IMG/VR virus record: IMGVR_UViG_3300005512_000168
Coordinates: 1 to 33,644 of that record
Origin: a virus
Taxonomy: Duplodnaviria; Caudoviricetes
Length of the DNA: 33,644 nucleotides
Reading direction: 5' to 3' (one strand)
The notes under the pieces were generated by a model that was not told where the DNA came from, searched no databases, and saw nothing but the letters and a program-made list of their open reading frames with translations. The translations under genes and the position numbers were made by a program. Below are positions 15,556 through 25,541 of this stretch, in pieces; within the stretch, counting starts at the first letter, position 1, and every line of letters begins with the position of its first letter.

Positions 15556-15579
15556 CTCTGCATAAAAAATAGGCATAAT
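15552..15579 (+). promoter_or_regulatory. Putative promoter for the packaging module
   Basis: TTGACT-N16-CATAAT. Confidence 0.5.
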
Positions 15580-15611
15580 TCACCTATCTTGTTGGTAACA
15601 GGGAAAATATC

Positions 15612-16874
15612 ATGTCCGGTGGACTAGAGCAGGTATCAGTCAGTGACTTGGTGCCCTACGTTAATAACGCCAAGACACATCCAGAGGAGCAGGTCTTAAA
15701 AATTGCGTCCTCTATCAAAGAGTTTGGCTTTAATGCTCCTATTTTGGTTGATGGCAATAATGGGATCATTGCAGGTCACGGTAGACTGCAAGCAGCAAAG
15801 AAGCTGAAGTTATCAACAGTCCCAGTAGTACGGCTGGATCATTTATCCGAAGCGCAGAAGAAAGCCTATATACTTGCAGACAATCGCTTGGGTGAAGTTG
15901 GCGGTACAGATTGGGATATGGATCTGGTCTCTCTTGAGCTTCAAGACTTGCAGGAGATGGATTTCGACATTGATCTCACTGGCTTTGAGATTGATGACAT
16001 TATCCCTGAGGAGGTCGAAGGGCTGACCGATGAGGACGATGTACCGGACGCACCAGAGGAACCAATCACCAAAGAGGGTGATGTTTGGATACTTGGGCGA
16101 CATCGGCTGATGTGTGGCGACAGCACCAGTATTGACGCGGTGGAGAAACTGATGGATGGGCGGAAGTCGGACATGGTGTTTACCGACCCCCCTTATAATA
16201 TTGGAAGTGAAAACAAGGGTGTTGCTCAAGACGTATCAAAAGCACATAAAGACCTTATGGCGGCTGATTGGGATAAAGATTTTCAAATTGAGGTGCCTCT
16301 AAATTGTGCGCTTGCTGTTATGGCGAAGGATTGCGCGGTTTATGTCTGCACGTTACATCATTTGGCTGGAAGGATTTGGGCGTGGATGAAGGAATGGTCA
16401 GATCATCACTCGTTCTGCGTGTGGAGTAAGCCAGACCCGATGCCTTCGCTGACAAAGCGACACTGGACATGGGATACAGAATTAGTCCCGTATGCAACGC
16501 GCGGAAAACACATTTTCAACGCAGAAAATGGACAGCACTCGCCAAGCACTTGGCGTATCAACAGGCAACAAGGCGGAGAAAAAACTGGCCACCCGACACA
16601 AAAGCCGGTAGCCGTTCCTCAGCATGCAATTGAGAAAAGTAGCCGCAACAACCAAATAATTTTAGACCTATTCGGCGGCTCAGGCTCAACGCTTATCGCC
16701 TGCGAAAAGACAAACCGTGACTGCCGCATGATGGAACTCGACCCAAAATACTGCGATGTAATCATCAAGCGATGGCAGGACTACACAGGCAATCAAGCAG
16801 TACATGAAGCTACTGGTGCTCTGTACGACAATATCCAGAATGTTGATATAATTCAGGAGGTTGCTAATGGCTAA
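15612..16874 (+). CDS. ParB-like N-terminal domain fused to a beta-class DNA methyltransferase
   Basis: PYVNNAKTH..FGF..PIL..IIAGHGR..ADNR, then DPPY, HPTQKP and DLFGGSGST. Confidence 0.92.
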   Translation: MSGGLEQVSVSDLVPYVNNAKTHPEEQVLKIASSIKEFGFNAPILVDGNNGIIAGHGRLQAAKKLKLSTVPVVRLDHLSEAQKKAYILADNRLGEVGGTDWDMDLVSLELQDLQEMDFDIDLTGFEIDDIIPEEVEGLTDEDDVPDAPEEPITKEGDVWILGRHRLMCGDSTSIDAVEKLMDGRKSDMVFTDPPYNIGSENKGVAQDVSKAHKDLMAADWDKDFQIEVPLNCALAVMAKDCAVYVCTLHHLAGRIWAWMKEWSDHHSFCVWSKPDPMPSLTKRHWTWDTELVPYATRGKHIFNAENGQHSPSTWRINRQQGGEKTGHPTQKPVAVPQHAIEKSSRNNQIILDLFGGSGSTLIACEKTNRDCRMMELDPKYCDVIIKRWQDYTGNQAVHEATGALYDNIQNVDIIQEVANG

Positions 16875-17223
16875 AACAGGACGACCACCTAAAAAGCTAA
16901 CAGATGATCAGATAGCGCAAGTTGAGGCGCTGGCTGCATATTTGACCAGCGAACAAATAGCCGATTATCTCGGCATTGGTAGGACTACTTTTTACTCCAT
17001 CATGGATAGAGAGCCTGAGGTTTCTGAACGCTATCAAAGGGGTAGAGCTGCAGCTATTGGTAAAATGGCACAGTCTCTTATTCAGTCTGGTCTATCTGGC
17101 AACACTACTGCACAGATCTTCTATCTCAAGACACAGGGAGGGTGGAAGGAGCCTGACAGGAGTGATGATGGCGATGGATTGGCTGATGCACTTCACAAGT
17201 TGGCTGATAGCCTGCCGTCGTGA
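16867..17223 (+). CDS. terS: Terminase small subunit-like HTH protein
   Basis: GRPPK, an HTH and AQIFYLKTQGGW; lies directly before terL. Confidence 0.75.
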   Translation: MAKTGRPPKKLTDDQIAQVEALAAYLTSEQIADYLGIGRTTFYSIMDREPEVSERYQRGRAAAIGKMAQSLIQSGLSGNTTAQIFYLKTQGGWKEPDRSDDGDGLADALHKLADSLPS

Positions 17224-18536
17224 ACCCCTCCATTCAGCGCGAACATGATAGGTGGTATCCACTGATTGATCATGACGTGCAGCTTGAGCTGGTGGATGCA
17301 ATCCCTAACGGCATAAGGTTTCCGGTTGTTCCTGCTGGCCGACGTAGCGGAAAAACAGAGCGATTCAAACGGTTTCTTGCGAAACAGGCAATGCAGAACC
17401 CGAACCAGATATACTTTGCAGCCGCGCCAACACATGACCAAGCCAAGAAGATATTTTGGAACGACCTCAAGCTAATGACGTTTAGCTCGACGCACCCAAA
17501 GAAGCCGAGCGAGTCCGACCGCAAAATATTCCTCCCTAACGGTACTGAGATCCACGTTATCGGTCTGGATAAGCCGCAACGCATCGAGGGTATTCCTTGG
17601 TCAGGTGGGGGTATTGACGAGATAGCAGATATTAAAAGGGACGCATGGGAGGCGAATATTCTCCCTGCTCTCAACACGGTAAACCCAACTAGGCCAGATT
17701 ATAGAGCATGGTGCTGGCTGCTTGGTGTTCCTGATGGTTTGAATCACTACTATGATCTGGCGATGTACGCACAAACCGCCAATGATCCAGAGTGGGGTTA
17801 TTATCACTGGAAGAGTGCCGACATTCTGCCAGATGATGTGATTGAGGCTGCCAAGCGCCAGATGAGCGCGAAACAGTACAAGCAGGAGTACGAGGCCAGC
17901 TTTGAGACTGCAGGCGGCAGAATTTACGAGGATTACTCCAGCGATAACCACACCAATGAAGAAATAGAGCCGCATGAGCAGCTATTGTGGGCGCATGACC
18001 AGAACTATACCCCATTATCATCCTGTATCAGTGTGGTGAGGGATAATACGCTATTTATTCTGGATGAGATAATTCTGGAGAGCGCGGTATCTGAGCAGTC
18101 GGCGCTTGAGTTTGTGGAGAGATACAAAGATCACAAGAATAAGCACGTTATAATATACGGTGATCCTGCTGGCAGGGCTGGAGAGAAGCATGGGCAACAA
18201 TCGGCCTATACTGCGATTGAAGATGTGTTGAGATCAAACGGCTGGAAGTTCACAAGAAAGGTAAAACGCAAACATCCGGCTATCAAGGATCGCCAGAACG
18301 CGGTCAGGGCGAAGATCAAGAATGCTGTCGGTGAGATCAGTCTTTTTGTCAATCCGAATAAGTGCGAATATACAAACAAGGGTCTGTCTACTGTGCAACT
18401 TAAAAAGGGGTCAACCTTCCTTGAGGATGACTCTGATAAATATCAGCACATTACAACTGCGATCGGTTATCATGTAGACTACGAATGGCCTGTCGTGTCC
18501 AATGCAGCAAAGAAAGCCGTAATAGTTGGTATTTAA
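17220..18536 (+). CDS. terL: Terminase large subunit
   Basis: Walker A AGRRSGKT, Walker B GIDE, QEYEASF and nuclease domain with YGDPAG. Confidence 0.95.
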   Translation: MNPSIQREHDRWYPLIDHDVQLELVDAIPNGIRFPVVPAGRRSGKTERFKRFLAKQAMQNPNQIYFAAAPTHDQAKKIFWNDLKLMTFSSTHPKKPSESDRKIFLPNGTEIHVIGLDKPQRIEGIPWSGGGIDEIADIKRDAWEANILPALNTVNPTRPDYRAWCWLLGVPDGLNHYYDLAMYAQTANDPEWGYYHWKSADILPDDVIEAAKRQMSAKQYKQEYEASFETAGGRIYEDYSSDNHTNEEIEPHEQLLWAHDQNYTPLSSCISVVRDNTLFILDEIILESAVSEQSALEFVERYKDHKNKHVIIYGDPAGRAGEKHGQQSAYTAIEDVLRSNGWKFTRKVKRKHPAIKDRQNAVRAKIKNAVGEISLFVNPNKCEYTNKGLSTVQLKKGSTFLEDDSDKYQHITTAIGYHVDYEWPVVSNAAKKAVIVGI

Positions 18537-18537
18537 T

Positions 18538-19827
18538 ATGATTGATAGTAAGCATCCAGATTATATAGCCAGAGAGAGTCAGTGGCAGCGTTGCCGTGAT
18601 ACCTTCGACGGTGATGACAAGGTTAAAGAGAGAGGGGAAGAATATCTTCCGAAATTAAAAAAACAATCGGAAGAGGATTACAAGTCTTATAGACAACGTG
18701 CTGACTTCTTTGAAGCGGTGGGTCGCACTGTGCAGGGCTTGACTGGTGCTGTGATGCGTACAGATCCGGTGATTGAGGGCGATATTGAAAATGCTGGAGA
18801 CATTACAGCGACAGGGATCAGTCTTAATAGCTTTATCACTTACGCACTAACAGAACGGCTACTGATGGGGCGGCTCGGCATCTTGGTTGACCATAACGGA
18901 GAGAGAGCCTATCTAGCCGGCTACAACACTGAGCAAAACATCAACTGGCTCGATGATCGGGTGATTCTCTCTGAAAAGGTTGTCGAGTCTGCTGCTGATG
19001 ACATTTACAAGCAAAGCCAGATTCAGCAGTATCGTGAATTGGTGCTGGAGGATGGTCGCTATCTTGTCAATATCTGGCGCGAGAAGGGTAAAGGGTGGGA
19101 GGTCGTTGATACCATCGAGCCTACCAAGCAGGGAAGTAGGTTAGATTTTATCCCGTACGTTTCTATCTCAGTGGATGGCGCTAACTTCTCACCAGAGAAG
19201 CCACCTATTCTCGGTCTGGCGAATATGAACCTGTCACATTATCGCACCTCTGCTGACTTGGAGCACGGTCGGCACTATACAGCACTGCCCACGCCGTGGG
19301 TGACTGGCTTGAATGAGGGAGAATTGTATATCGGCTCTCAAGTAGCATGGATTCTCCCTGAAGGGTCTCAGGCTGGTTATCTTGAGTTTACGGGTCAGGG
19401 GTTGCAGGCGCTTGAGAAGGCTTCAGAGGATAAGCGCGGCATGATGGCTGCACTTGGCGCTCAATTGCTACAGAGCCAAAAGAACGGGGTTGAGGCTGAA
19501 GGCACTCAGAAGCTGCGCCACAATGCAGAGGCCTCTGTCTTGGTTACAGTGGTTAAAGACGTTGAGGACGGTATCAATGCTGCTCTTGAGATGATGGCAG
19601 AGTGGGAGGGAAAAACACCTGCAACCATCAAATTGAACACCGACTTCTCTGACATTGGTATTTCAAACGATGATCTCACCGCACTTATGCAGGCGTGGCA
19701 GAGTGGCGGTATTTCTCACGATACTTTCCTGTGGAATCTCCAGAAGGGTGAGGTATTACCAGAGGGTCGCACCATTGAGGAAGAGAAGGATTTGGTTGAT
19801 ATGCAGCTAGGGAATCTTGACGCATAA
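18538..19827 (+). CDS. Portal protein (DUF4055-like)
   Basis: HPDY..W, YLPKL, Y..Y..RA.F and NLSHYRTSADLEHG.H motifs; follows terL. Confidence 0.88.
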   Translation: MIDSKHPDYIARESQWQRCRDTFDGDDKVKERGEEYLPKLKKQSEEDYKSYRQRADFFEAVGRTVQGLTGAVMRTDPVIEGDIENAGDITATGISLNSFITYALTERLLMGRLGILVDHNGERAYLAGYNTEQNINWLDDRVILSEKVVESAADDIYKQSQIQQYRELVLEDGRYLVNIWREKGKGWEVVDTIEPTKQGSRLDFIPYVSISVDGANFSPEKPPILGLANMNLSHYRTSADLEHGRHYTALPTPWVTGLNEGELYIGSQVAWILPEGSQAGYLEFTGQGLQALEKASEDKRGMMAALGAQLLQSQKNGVEAEGTQKLRHNAEASVLVTVVKDVEDGINAALEMMAEWEGKTPATIKLNTDFSDIGISNDDLTALMQAWQSGGISHDTFLWNLQKGEVLPEGRTIEEEKDLVDMQLGNLDA

Positions 19828-20864
19828 TGCCGTCTGTTAATGACCAGATTCAGGATCATATAATTGACCATCTGGTTGATGTGACACGGTTCTCTACAGG
19901 TGAGATTCGCAAGGCTCGCAAGCTGTTTGAGAGTCTGAAAAAGGATTTGAACACAGTTATATCTAGTCAGGAAACAACCGCATATTCAAAGGCCAGAGCA
20001 AAAGCCATATTGTCATCCGCAAGTGAGTTTATTGGAGACTCCTATCAGGAGCTAACAGATAGAAACTCTGGCATCTTGGAAGAGATAGCGGCTATTAGTC
20101 AGGAGAGTACGGCAAACGCTATCAATTCCGCACTACAGGTAGATATAGTCAGTCCTGCTATTGACGAAAGGTATCTTCGGCGCATAGTTAGCAATCACCT
20201 CATTGAAGGCGCACCGAGCGCTGAGTGGTGGGGCGAGCAGGAAAAGAAGGTAAGACGGGTATTCTCTACAGAGCTACGCAAAGGGATGGTGCTAGGGGAA
20301 ACCAACGCCCAAATATTCAAGCGGATAGAACCTGCACTTGATACCAGCCGAAGATCTGTAGAGGCGCTTATTCGCACCTCTGTTCAGTCTGTCGCCAATC
20401 AAGCCAGTCTAGATATGATGGAGGCGAATGACGACATTGTGAAAGGCATTGAGTGGGTCTCCACTTTGGATGGGCGCACATCAACTATCTGTCAAGTGTT
20501 GGATGGTAAAACATGGGACAATGACAGGAAACCAATAGGACATAAACACCAATTCCCAGGACCTACCGCCCACTGGAACTGTCGATCTACACAGACTCCG
20601 GTGTTGAAATCGTGGGAGGAACTGGGTGCTAAAGGCAGGTTCAAGGAGATACCCGAAACCTCTCGTGCTAGCATGGACGGACAGGTTGCAGCAGGCGTGA
20701 ACTATGAGGACTGGCTTAGGGGTAAAAGCGAGAGTTTTCAAAAAGAGAAACTAGGGGTAGGAAAGTGGCGGCTCTGGAACGAGGGCAAGATAGGTTTCAA
20801 GGATCTTGTTGACCAGACAGGCAATGAGTTGACGCTTGAAGAATTGAAAAAGAAGTTTGTTTAA
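19827..20864 (+). CDS. Head morphogenesis protein (SPP1 gp7 / Mu F-like)
   Basis: WVSTLDGRTSTIC..LDG and PTAHWNCRS motifs. Confidence 0.9.
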   Translation: MPSVNDQIQDHIIDHLVDVTRFSTGEIRKARKLFESLKKDLNTVISSQETTAYSKARAKAILSSASEFIGDSYQELTDRNSGILEEIAAISQESTANAINSALQVDIVSPAIDERYLRRIVSNHLIEGAPSAEWWGEQEKKVRRVFSTELRKGMVLGETNAQIFKRIEPALDTSRRSVEALIRTSVQSVANQASLDMMEANDDIVKGIEWVSTLDGRTSTICQVLDGKTWDNDRKPIGHKHQFPGPTAHWNCRSTQTPVLKSWEELGAKGRFKEIPETSRASMDGQVAAGVNYEDWLRGKSESFQKEKLGVGKWRLWNEGKIGFKDLVDQTGNELTLEELKKKFV

Positions 20865-20898
20865 CGCTACGGAGTAGCACTTTGATCGGAGATCATAC

Positions 20899-21636
20899 AT
20901 GGCTTTACAAGCAACAGTAGATAGTTTGGATAACGTGCCAGAGGCACTACATGAGTATTACGCACAGTCTGACGGTAAATACGTCCTTGGTGTGCAGGGC
21001 ATGGTTACTAAGGACAAGGTTGACGAGTTCCGCAATAACAATATCGACCTTAAAAAGCAGATGGACGAATTGCAAAAAACCGTCTCATCAATCGATCTGG
21101 ATAAATACAACGAGATCATCAAGCAGCAGCAAGACGATCAAGCCGCGAGCCTCATTAAAGACGGCAAGATTGACGAGCTGATTGAGCTGAAAACCAGAGC
21201 GCAAACAGACCACTTCAATGCCGAGCTTCAGAAGATCACAGGAGAGCGCGACACTCTGACCCAGCAGCTTGAGCAGGTGACTATTGATAACGCTGTGCGT
21301 AATGTTGCTATGCAAAACGGTGTAGCTGCTACGGCTATTGATGACGTTCTAATGAGGGCGAAAAGCACGTTCAAGCTGCAAGATGGTAAAGCTATCCCCT
21401 TTGACGGCAAAAACCCAATATATCAAGCAGGCACCACTGATCCACTATCGGTTGAAGGGTGGGTAAAGGGCTTGAGCGAGTCTGCGCCTCACTTGTTTGC
21501 AAATTCTAGCGGTGGTGGTGCTCGCCACAACTCAGGCGCACCAACCGGAAAGACTATTAACCGATCTAATTTTAATGAGATGAACCCCGTGCAGCAGAAG
21601 TCGTTTGTGAAGGATGGCGGGAAAGTAGTTGATTAG
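20899..21636 (+). CDS. Capsid scaffolding protein
   Basis: Coiled-coil, PHLF..SSGGG tail; lies before the capsid gene. Confidence 0.75.
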   Translation: MALQATVDSLDNVPEALHEYYAQSDGKYVLGVQGMVTKDKVDEFRNNNIDLKKQMDELQKTVSSIDLDKYNEIIKQQQDDQAASLIKDGKIDELIELKTRAQTDHFNAELQKITGERDTLTQQLEQVTIDNAVRNVAMQNGVAATAIDDVLMRAKSTFKLQDGKAIPFDGKNPIYQAGTTDPLSVEGWVKGLSESAPHLFANSSGGGARHNSGAPTGKTINRSNFNEMNPVQQKSFVKDGGKVVD

Positions 21637-21639
21637 CGG

Positions 21640-21667
21640 TTGACATTGCCTATAATTTAGGCACAAT
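21640..21667 (+). promoter_or_regulatory. Putative promoter for the major capsid gene
   Basis: TTGACA-N16-CACAAT overlapped by inverted repeat TGCCTA/TAGGCA. Confidence 0.5.
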
Positions 21668-21778
21668 TCAATAAAAGAGAGGCGGCGCTTCTCCTTGTTA
21701 CGGTGTAACGTAGTGATGAGGGGTGCCGTTTTTGTCATTCCTCAGATTTAATTTTTTTACTTTTGAGGAAATCAAAAA

Positions 21779-22933
21779 ATGGCTGAAAACACTCTAACGG
21801 CTATCATCCCTGATATTTACGAGGCGCTCGATGTTGTCTCTCGTGAACTGACAGGCATGATCCCTGCTGTAACCATGAACGCAAGTGCTGAACGTGCTGC
21901 GAAAGATCAAAACATCAATGTTGATATTGCACCTGCAATCGCTGGCGTTGACATCACTCCATCCAACACTATTCCTGATCCTGCTGGCCTGACTTCTACC
22001 GCTCAGACTATCCAGATCACCAAAGAGCGTGCTGCTCCATTTGGTTTTAATGGAAACGATTACAAGGCTCTGGAAACTGGTGTCGGTTATCAGAATCACC
22101 GTGCAGGCAAGATTGCACAGGCTATGCGTACCTTGGTCAATGAGGTAGAGACTGATCTGGCTGCTCTGCATACCACTTGCTCACGCGCATACGGTACTGC
22201 TGGCACTACTCCTTTCGCTACCGCAAGCGATTACACAGACGCTTCTAATGTGCTGAAAATTCTCAAGGACAACGGCGCACCTGTAAGCGATAATCAGTTG
22301 GTTATTGATACCTCAGCAGGTGCCAACTTCCTTGGTAAGCAGTCTGCGGTCAATGCTGCTGGCACTGACTCTATGCTTCGTCAAGGCGTTCTCCTTGATT
22401 TGGCGGGTATGCCTGTTCGTGAGTCTGCTCAGATTGTTACTTCAACCGCTGGCACAGGCGCAAGTGCCACTACAGATACTGCCGGTTATGCAGTCGGAGC
22501 AACTACAATTACTCTGGCTTCTGCTGGTACTGGTACTATCGTGGCCGGTGACGTTATCACTTTTGCTGGTGACAGCAATCAGTACGTGGTTGCTTCTGGT
22601 GATGCTGACGTATCAGATGGCGGCACTATCACTCTAGCTGCGCCAGGTTTGCGTCAGGCTATCGGTGGTTCTGCAACTGCAATCACCGTTGTTGCTGCTG
22701 CGGCTCGTAACATGGCGTTTAACCGATCTGCTATCGTGCTGGCTACTCGTATGCCATCACTGCCAGCAGAGGGTGATCAGGCTGAGGATCGCATTACCGT
22801 AACTGATGATCGTTCCGGCCTTAGCCTTGAGTTCAGCATGTATAAGATGTATCGCAAGGTACGTTATGAGGTGGCGCTGGCTTGGGGTGTTAAGAACATC
22901 AAGCCCGAATTCTCTGCAATTCTGCTGGGGTAG
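21779..22933 (+). CDS. Major capsid protein (P22-coat-like, HK97 fold)
   Basis: NTLT..IPD.Y.ALDVVSREL.G.IP start and WGVK.IKPE...LLG end; GAGG RBS; synteny. Confidence 0.88.
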   Translation: MAENTLTAIIPDIYEALDVVSRELTGMIPAVTMNASAERAAKDQNINVDIAPAIAGVDITPSNTIPDPAGLTSTAQTIQITKERAAPFGFNGNDYKALETGVGYQNHRAGKIAQAMRTLVNEVETDLAALHTTCSRAYGTAGTTPFATASDYTDASNVLKILKDNGAPVSDNQLVIDTSAGANFLGKQSAVNAAGTDSMLRQGVLLDLAGMPVRESAQIVTSTAGTGASATTDTAGYAVGATTITLASAGTGTIVAGDVITFAGDSNQYVVASGDADVSDGGTITLAAPGLRQAIGGSATAITVVAAAARNMAFNRSAIVLATRMPSLPAEGDQAEDRITVTDDRSGLSLEFSMYKMYRKVRYEVALAWGVKNIKPEFSAILLG

Positions 22934-22959
22934 TCTTGGTTATCAAGCCTGAATGATGT

Positions 22960-22995
22960 ATAGTGGTATCTCCAATAAAAAGGGGATACCACTAT
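22960..22995 (+). promoter_or_regulatory. Hairpin sequestering the RBS and start codon of the HNH gene
   Basis: ATAGTGGTATCTCC / GGGGATACCACTAT, a 14-bp stem with one G-U pair. Confidence 0.7.
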
Positions 22996-23611
22996 GATAA
23001 TCAAGAATGAAAATGTTTTTAGATCGTTACGCCATAGATATAATCACATGATTAGAAGGTGTTATGATGAGAACAATCGGAGTTATCATTCGTATGGCGC
23101 TAGAGGGATTAGGGTTTGCCAGAGATGGAAAGATAACTTTTGGAATTATGTGAATGATTTGCCAAAAGGTCACTCTATTGGTTTAGAGTTAGACAGGATT
23201 GATAACAATGGTGATTATGAGCCAGATAATGTTAGATGGGCGACAAGGGCACAGCAGAGCAGAAATCGAAGATCAAACAAGTTTATAGAATTCGATGGCA
23301 AAACGCAGTGCGTTGCAGATTGGGCAAAAGAGATAGGGATTAGCCAAAGTTCATTAGATGAGAGATTGCAGCGAGGGTGGTCATTAAAGGATGCCTTAAC
23401 ACAGCCGAAAGGTGCAAGGCTTCACAATAGATGGGATGGGCATATAAAGAAGCCTGAGAAGCCCAAAAGGAACACGAAACTATATGATTACAAGAAGCAA
23501 CGCCTTACAATGAAACAGTTATCAGAAATGTCTGGAGTGCCGGTCAAGCTACTAAGAAAAAGAATAGATGAGCGTGGCTGGACTGTTGAAAGAGCTATGG
23601 AGACACCATGA
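22994..23611 (+). CDS. HNH homing endonuclease-like protein
   Basis: M.RRCY, YGARGIRVC.RW and LDRIDNNGDYEPDNVRWAT..QSRNRR; two C-terminal R..RGW repeats. Confidence 0.88.
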   Translation: MIIKNENVFRSLRHRYNHMIRRCYDENNRSYHSYGARGIRVCQRWKDNFWNYVNDLPKGHSIGLELDRIDNNGDYEPDNVRWATRAQQSRNRRSNKFIEFDGKTQCVADWAKEIGISQSSLDERLQRGWSLKDALTQPKGARLHNRWDGHIKKPEKPKRNTKLYDYKKQRLTMKQLSEMSGVPVKLLRKRIDERGWTVERAMETP

Positions 23612-23760
23612 AAGTTGAAACAGTTGTAATCGACACTGAGAATGGGCCTGTTGTTATTAACAAGTCTGATTATGATGAAAAGGCTCACGTTTTGATAGGC
23701 GAGAAAAAAAAGCCTGTTAAAAAGAAAGTTGTTAAAAAAAAGTCTGTTAAAAACAGTTAA
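23608..23760 (+). CDS. Small Lys-rich head-associated protein (50 aa)
   Basis: MKVETVVIDTENGPVVINKSDYDEKAH followed by a Lys-rich tail; GGAG RBS; ATGA overlap. Confidence 0.6.
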   Translation: MKVETVVIDTENGPVVINKSDYDEKAHVLIGEKKKPVKKKVVKKKSVKNS

Positions 23761-23762
23761 AG

Positions 23763-24269
23763 ATGCTATCTATAAGCACCACCGTTTCTGACCTATTCTT
23801 TCAGGAGATGCTGAAAGGCAATGCTTATGTAATGAGCGGTGATTTGACGCTGGCTGCCTCTGGTGTCACTGATTTCCATATAAAGACTGGTGTTCGAGAC
23901 ATTATTATCTACGGAGTGAACGTTAGTGTGGACGGAGCTGAGACGCTGGTGCAAGGTTTCGCGGAATCAACGGTAAGCGCCAATGGGGCTGGTTTTAATG
24001 TTCAGGCGCAGAATCGATCAACAAACAGACAACCAGACACCGTGTATTTCTACTCTTCCCCCACTGTAACAGATGATGGGGAAGAGGTTATACACATGGT
24101 TGCTTATGGTGAGACTCAGGGAAGTAAAACCAAACTGGCGAACGCCAGTGAAGGGCTGTGGTTTTTGCTGAAAAAGAATAGCAGTAACCTGTTCAGGATC
24201 ACCAATAGAGACGGAGCTAGCAGTGTGAAAGTATCCTATAAACTGCAATTTATCGAGGTGGAATTGTAA
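23763..24269 (+). CDS. Hypothetical virion protein (beta-rich)
   Basis: Tightly packed in the head-neck module. Confidence 0.55.
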   Translation: MLSISTTVSDLFFQEMLKGNAYVMSGDLTLAASGVTDFHIKTGVRDIIIYGVNVSVDGAETLVQGFAESTVSANGAGFNVQAQNRSTNRQPDTVYFYSSPTVTDDGEEVIHMVAYGETQGSKTKLANASEGLWFLLKKNSSNLFRITNRDGASSVKVSYKLQFIEVEL

Positions 24270-24775
24270 TGGCTCTGGATTCAACCATAGGTGGTGCAAG
24301 TGCAGACAGTTATATTTCTGTGGCAGATGCAGATACTTACCACGGTAATAATCTGAATGTAACAGATTGGACGGGCGCTTCATCATCAGATAAAGAGAAG
24401 GCCCTGAAAATGGCAACTCGCCTACTTGATGAGCGTATCGATTGGAACGGCAGCAAGTACACCGAGGCACAGTCTTTGCGCTGGCCTCGCTCTAACGTAA
24501 CTGATCCTGACGGGTACGCTGTTGGTACGGATGAGATCCCAACTGCTGTTACTAATGCAACCGCTGAGTTTGCTAAGTTCCTGATTGCAGGCAATCGGGT
24601 CGATGATTCTGATGGTAAAGGTATCAGCAGGGTCAAGGCTGGAAGTGTGGAGGTTGATTTTGATAAGACAGATACCGCTGACGTTCTTCCTGAAATCGTG
24701 TACGAGATGCTACGCGGATGGGGGACGATTCACACCCGTGGTAAATTTGGCGCTGTTGCAGTGGTACGCACATAA
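24269..24775 (+). CDS. Head-tail adaptor (DnaT-like family)
   Basis: ADSYISVADADTYH, QSLRWPR and IP..V..AT.E.A motifs. Confidence 0.8.
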   Translation: MALDSTIGGASADSYISVADADTYHGNNLNVTDWTGASSSDKEKALKMATRLLDERIDWNGSKYTEAQSLRWPRSNVTDPDGYAVGTDEIPTAVTNATAEFAKFLIAGNRVDDSDGKGISRVKAGSVEVDFDKTDTADVLPEIVYEMLRGWGTIHTRGKFGAVAVVRT

Positions 24776-25146
24776 TGGGACTCAGAGCAACGATAGCTTC
24801 AGCAGTTGGTACGGCATTTAATGCTATTGGTGATGTTGCTGTAAGTGTTACCTATAGAAGCAAGGGGTCGCAAGCATATAACCCCGCTACGGGCGCAGTT
24901 AGCTCTACTGATGTTGATTACACGATTCAGTGCATTATTGAATCTGCTGCTGATGAAGGCGTTGAGAATGTTATTAGAAGCGGGGATGCGCCAACACTGT
25001 GCATGACTTTTGATTTATCAAGTCTTGCAGTTACTCCCGACACTGGCGATGTGGTTGTCTACGGTGGAGATACTTACAGTGTAGATGTGATTGAGATTGA
25101 TCCAGCAGGGGCGACCTGTAAACTAACTGTTAGTGAGGTTTCGTAA
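24775..25146 (+). CDS. Head closure / head-tail joining protein
   Basis: YNPATG motif; size and synteny. Confidence 0.65.
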   Translation: MGLRATIASAVGTAFNAIGDVAVSVTYRSKGSQAYNPATGAVSSTDVDYTIQCIIESAADEGVENVIRSGDAPTLCMTFDLSSLAVTPDTGDVVVYGGDTYSVDVIEIDPAGATCKLTVSEVS

Positions 25147-25541
25147 TGGGTTTTGAGAGCGAGAGGGCGGCGATTGAGGGCAAGATGAGCGAGTTTACCA
25201 CTACTTCTATTGCTTATGATAACGCACCGTTTGAGGCTGATAATAATGAACCGTGGGTGCGCCTTACTATCTTGAACGGCGCATCATCCTATCGCACATT
25301 GAACGGTGACACTAAGCATAACGGGCTGATTGATATTAGCGTGTTTGTTCCTAAAAATGAGGGGAGCAAAGAGGCGCGAACTATTATTGATGAGCTTGAT
25401 ACCTTGTTTAGATTGCAGAGTCTGGATAGCGGGTCGATTAAGATTGGTGCAGGTTCCGTGACTACTTTAGGGGTCACAGGTGCATGGAAGCAATACAACA
25501 TCTCTTTTCCATTCCGTAGAGTAGAGAATGACGGTATATAA
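25146..25541 (+). CDS. Tail terminator-like protein
   Basis: IAYDN..F...PWVRL and G.I.ISVFVP...G motifs. Confidence 0.7.
   Translation: MGFESERAAIEGKMSEFTTTSIAYDNAPFEADNNEPWVRLTILNGASSYRTLNGDTKHNGLIDISVFVPKNEGSKEARTIIDELDTLFRLQSLDSGSIKIGAGSVTTLGVTGAWKQYNISFPFRRVENDGI

Noticed and set aside
15612-16000. ParB domain as evidence of a plasmid-prophage partition system
   Set aside because: It is the common ParB-N/MTase fusion found beside terminase genes, and no ParA is seen.
9696-21667. All four promoter candidates having 16-bp spacers as a special promoter class
   Set aside because: The sample is small and hand-picked, and 16 bp is within the normal sigma70 range.
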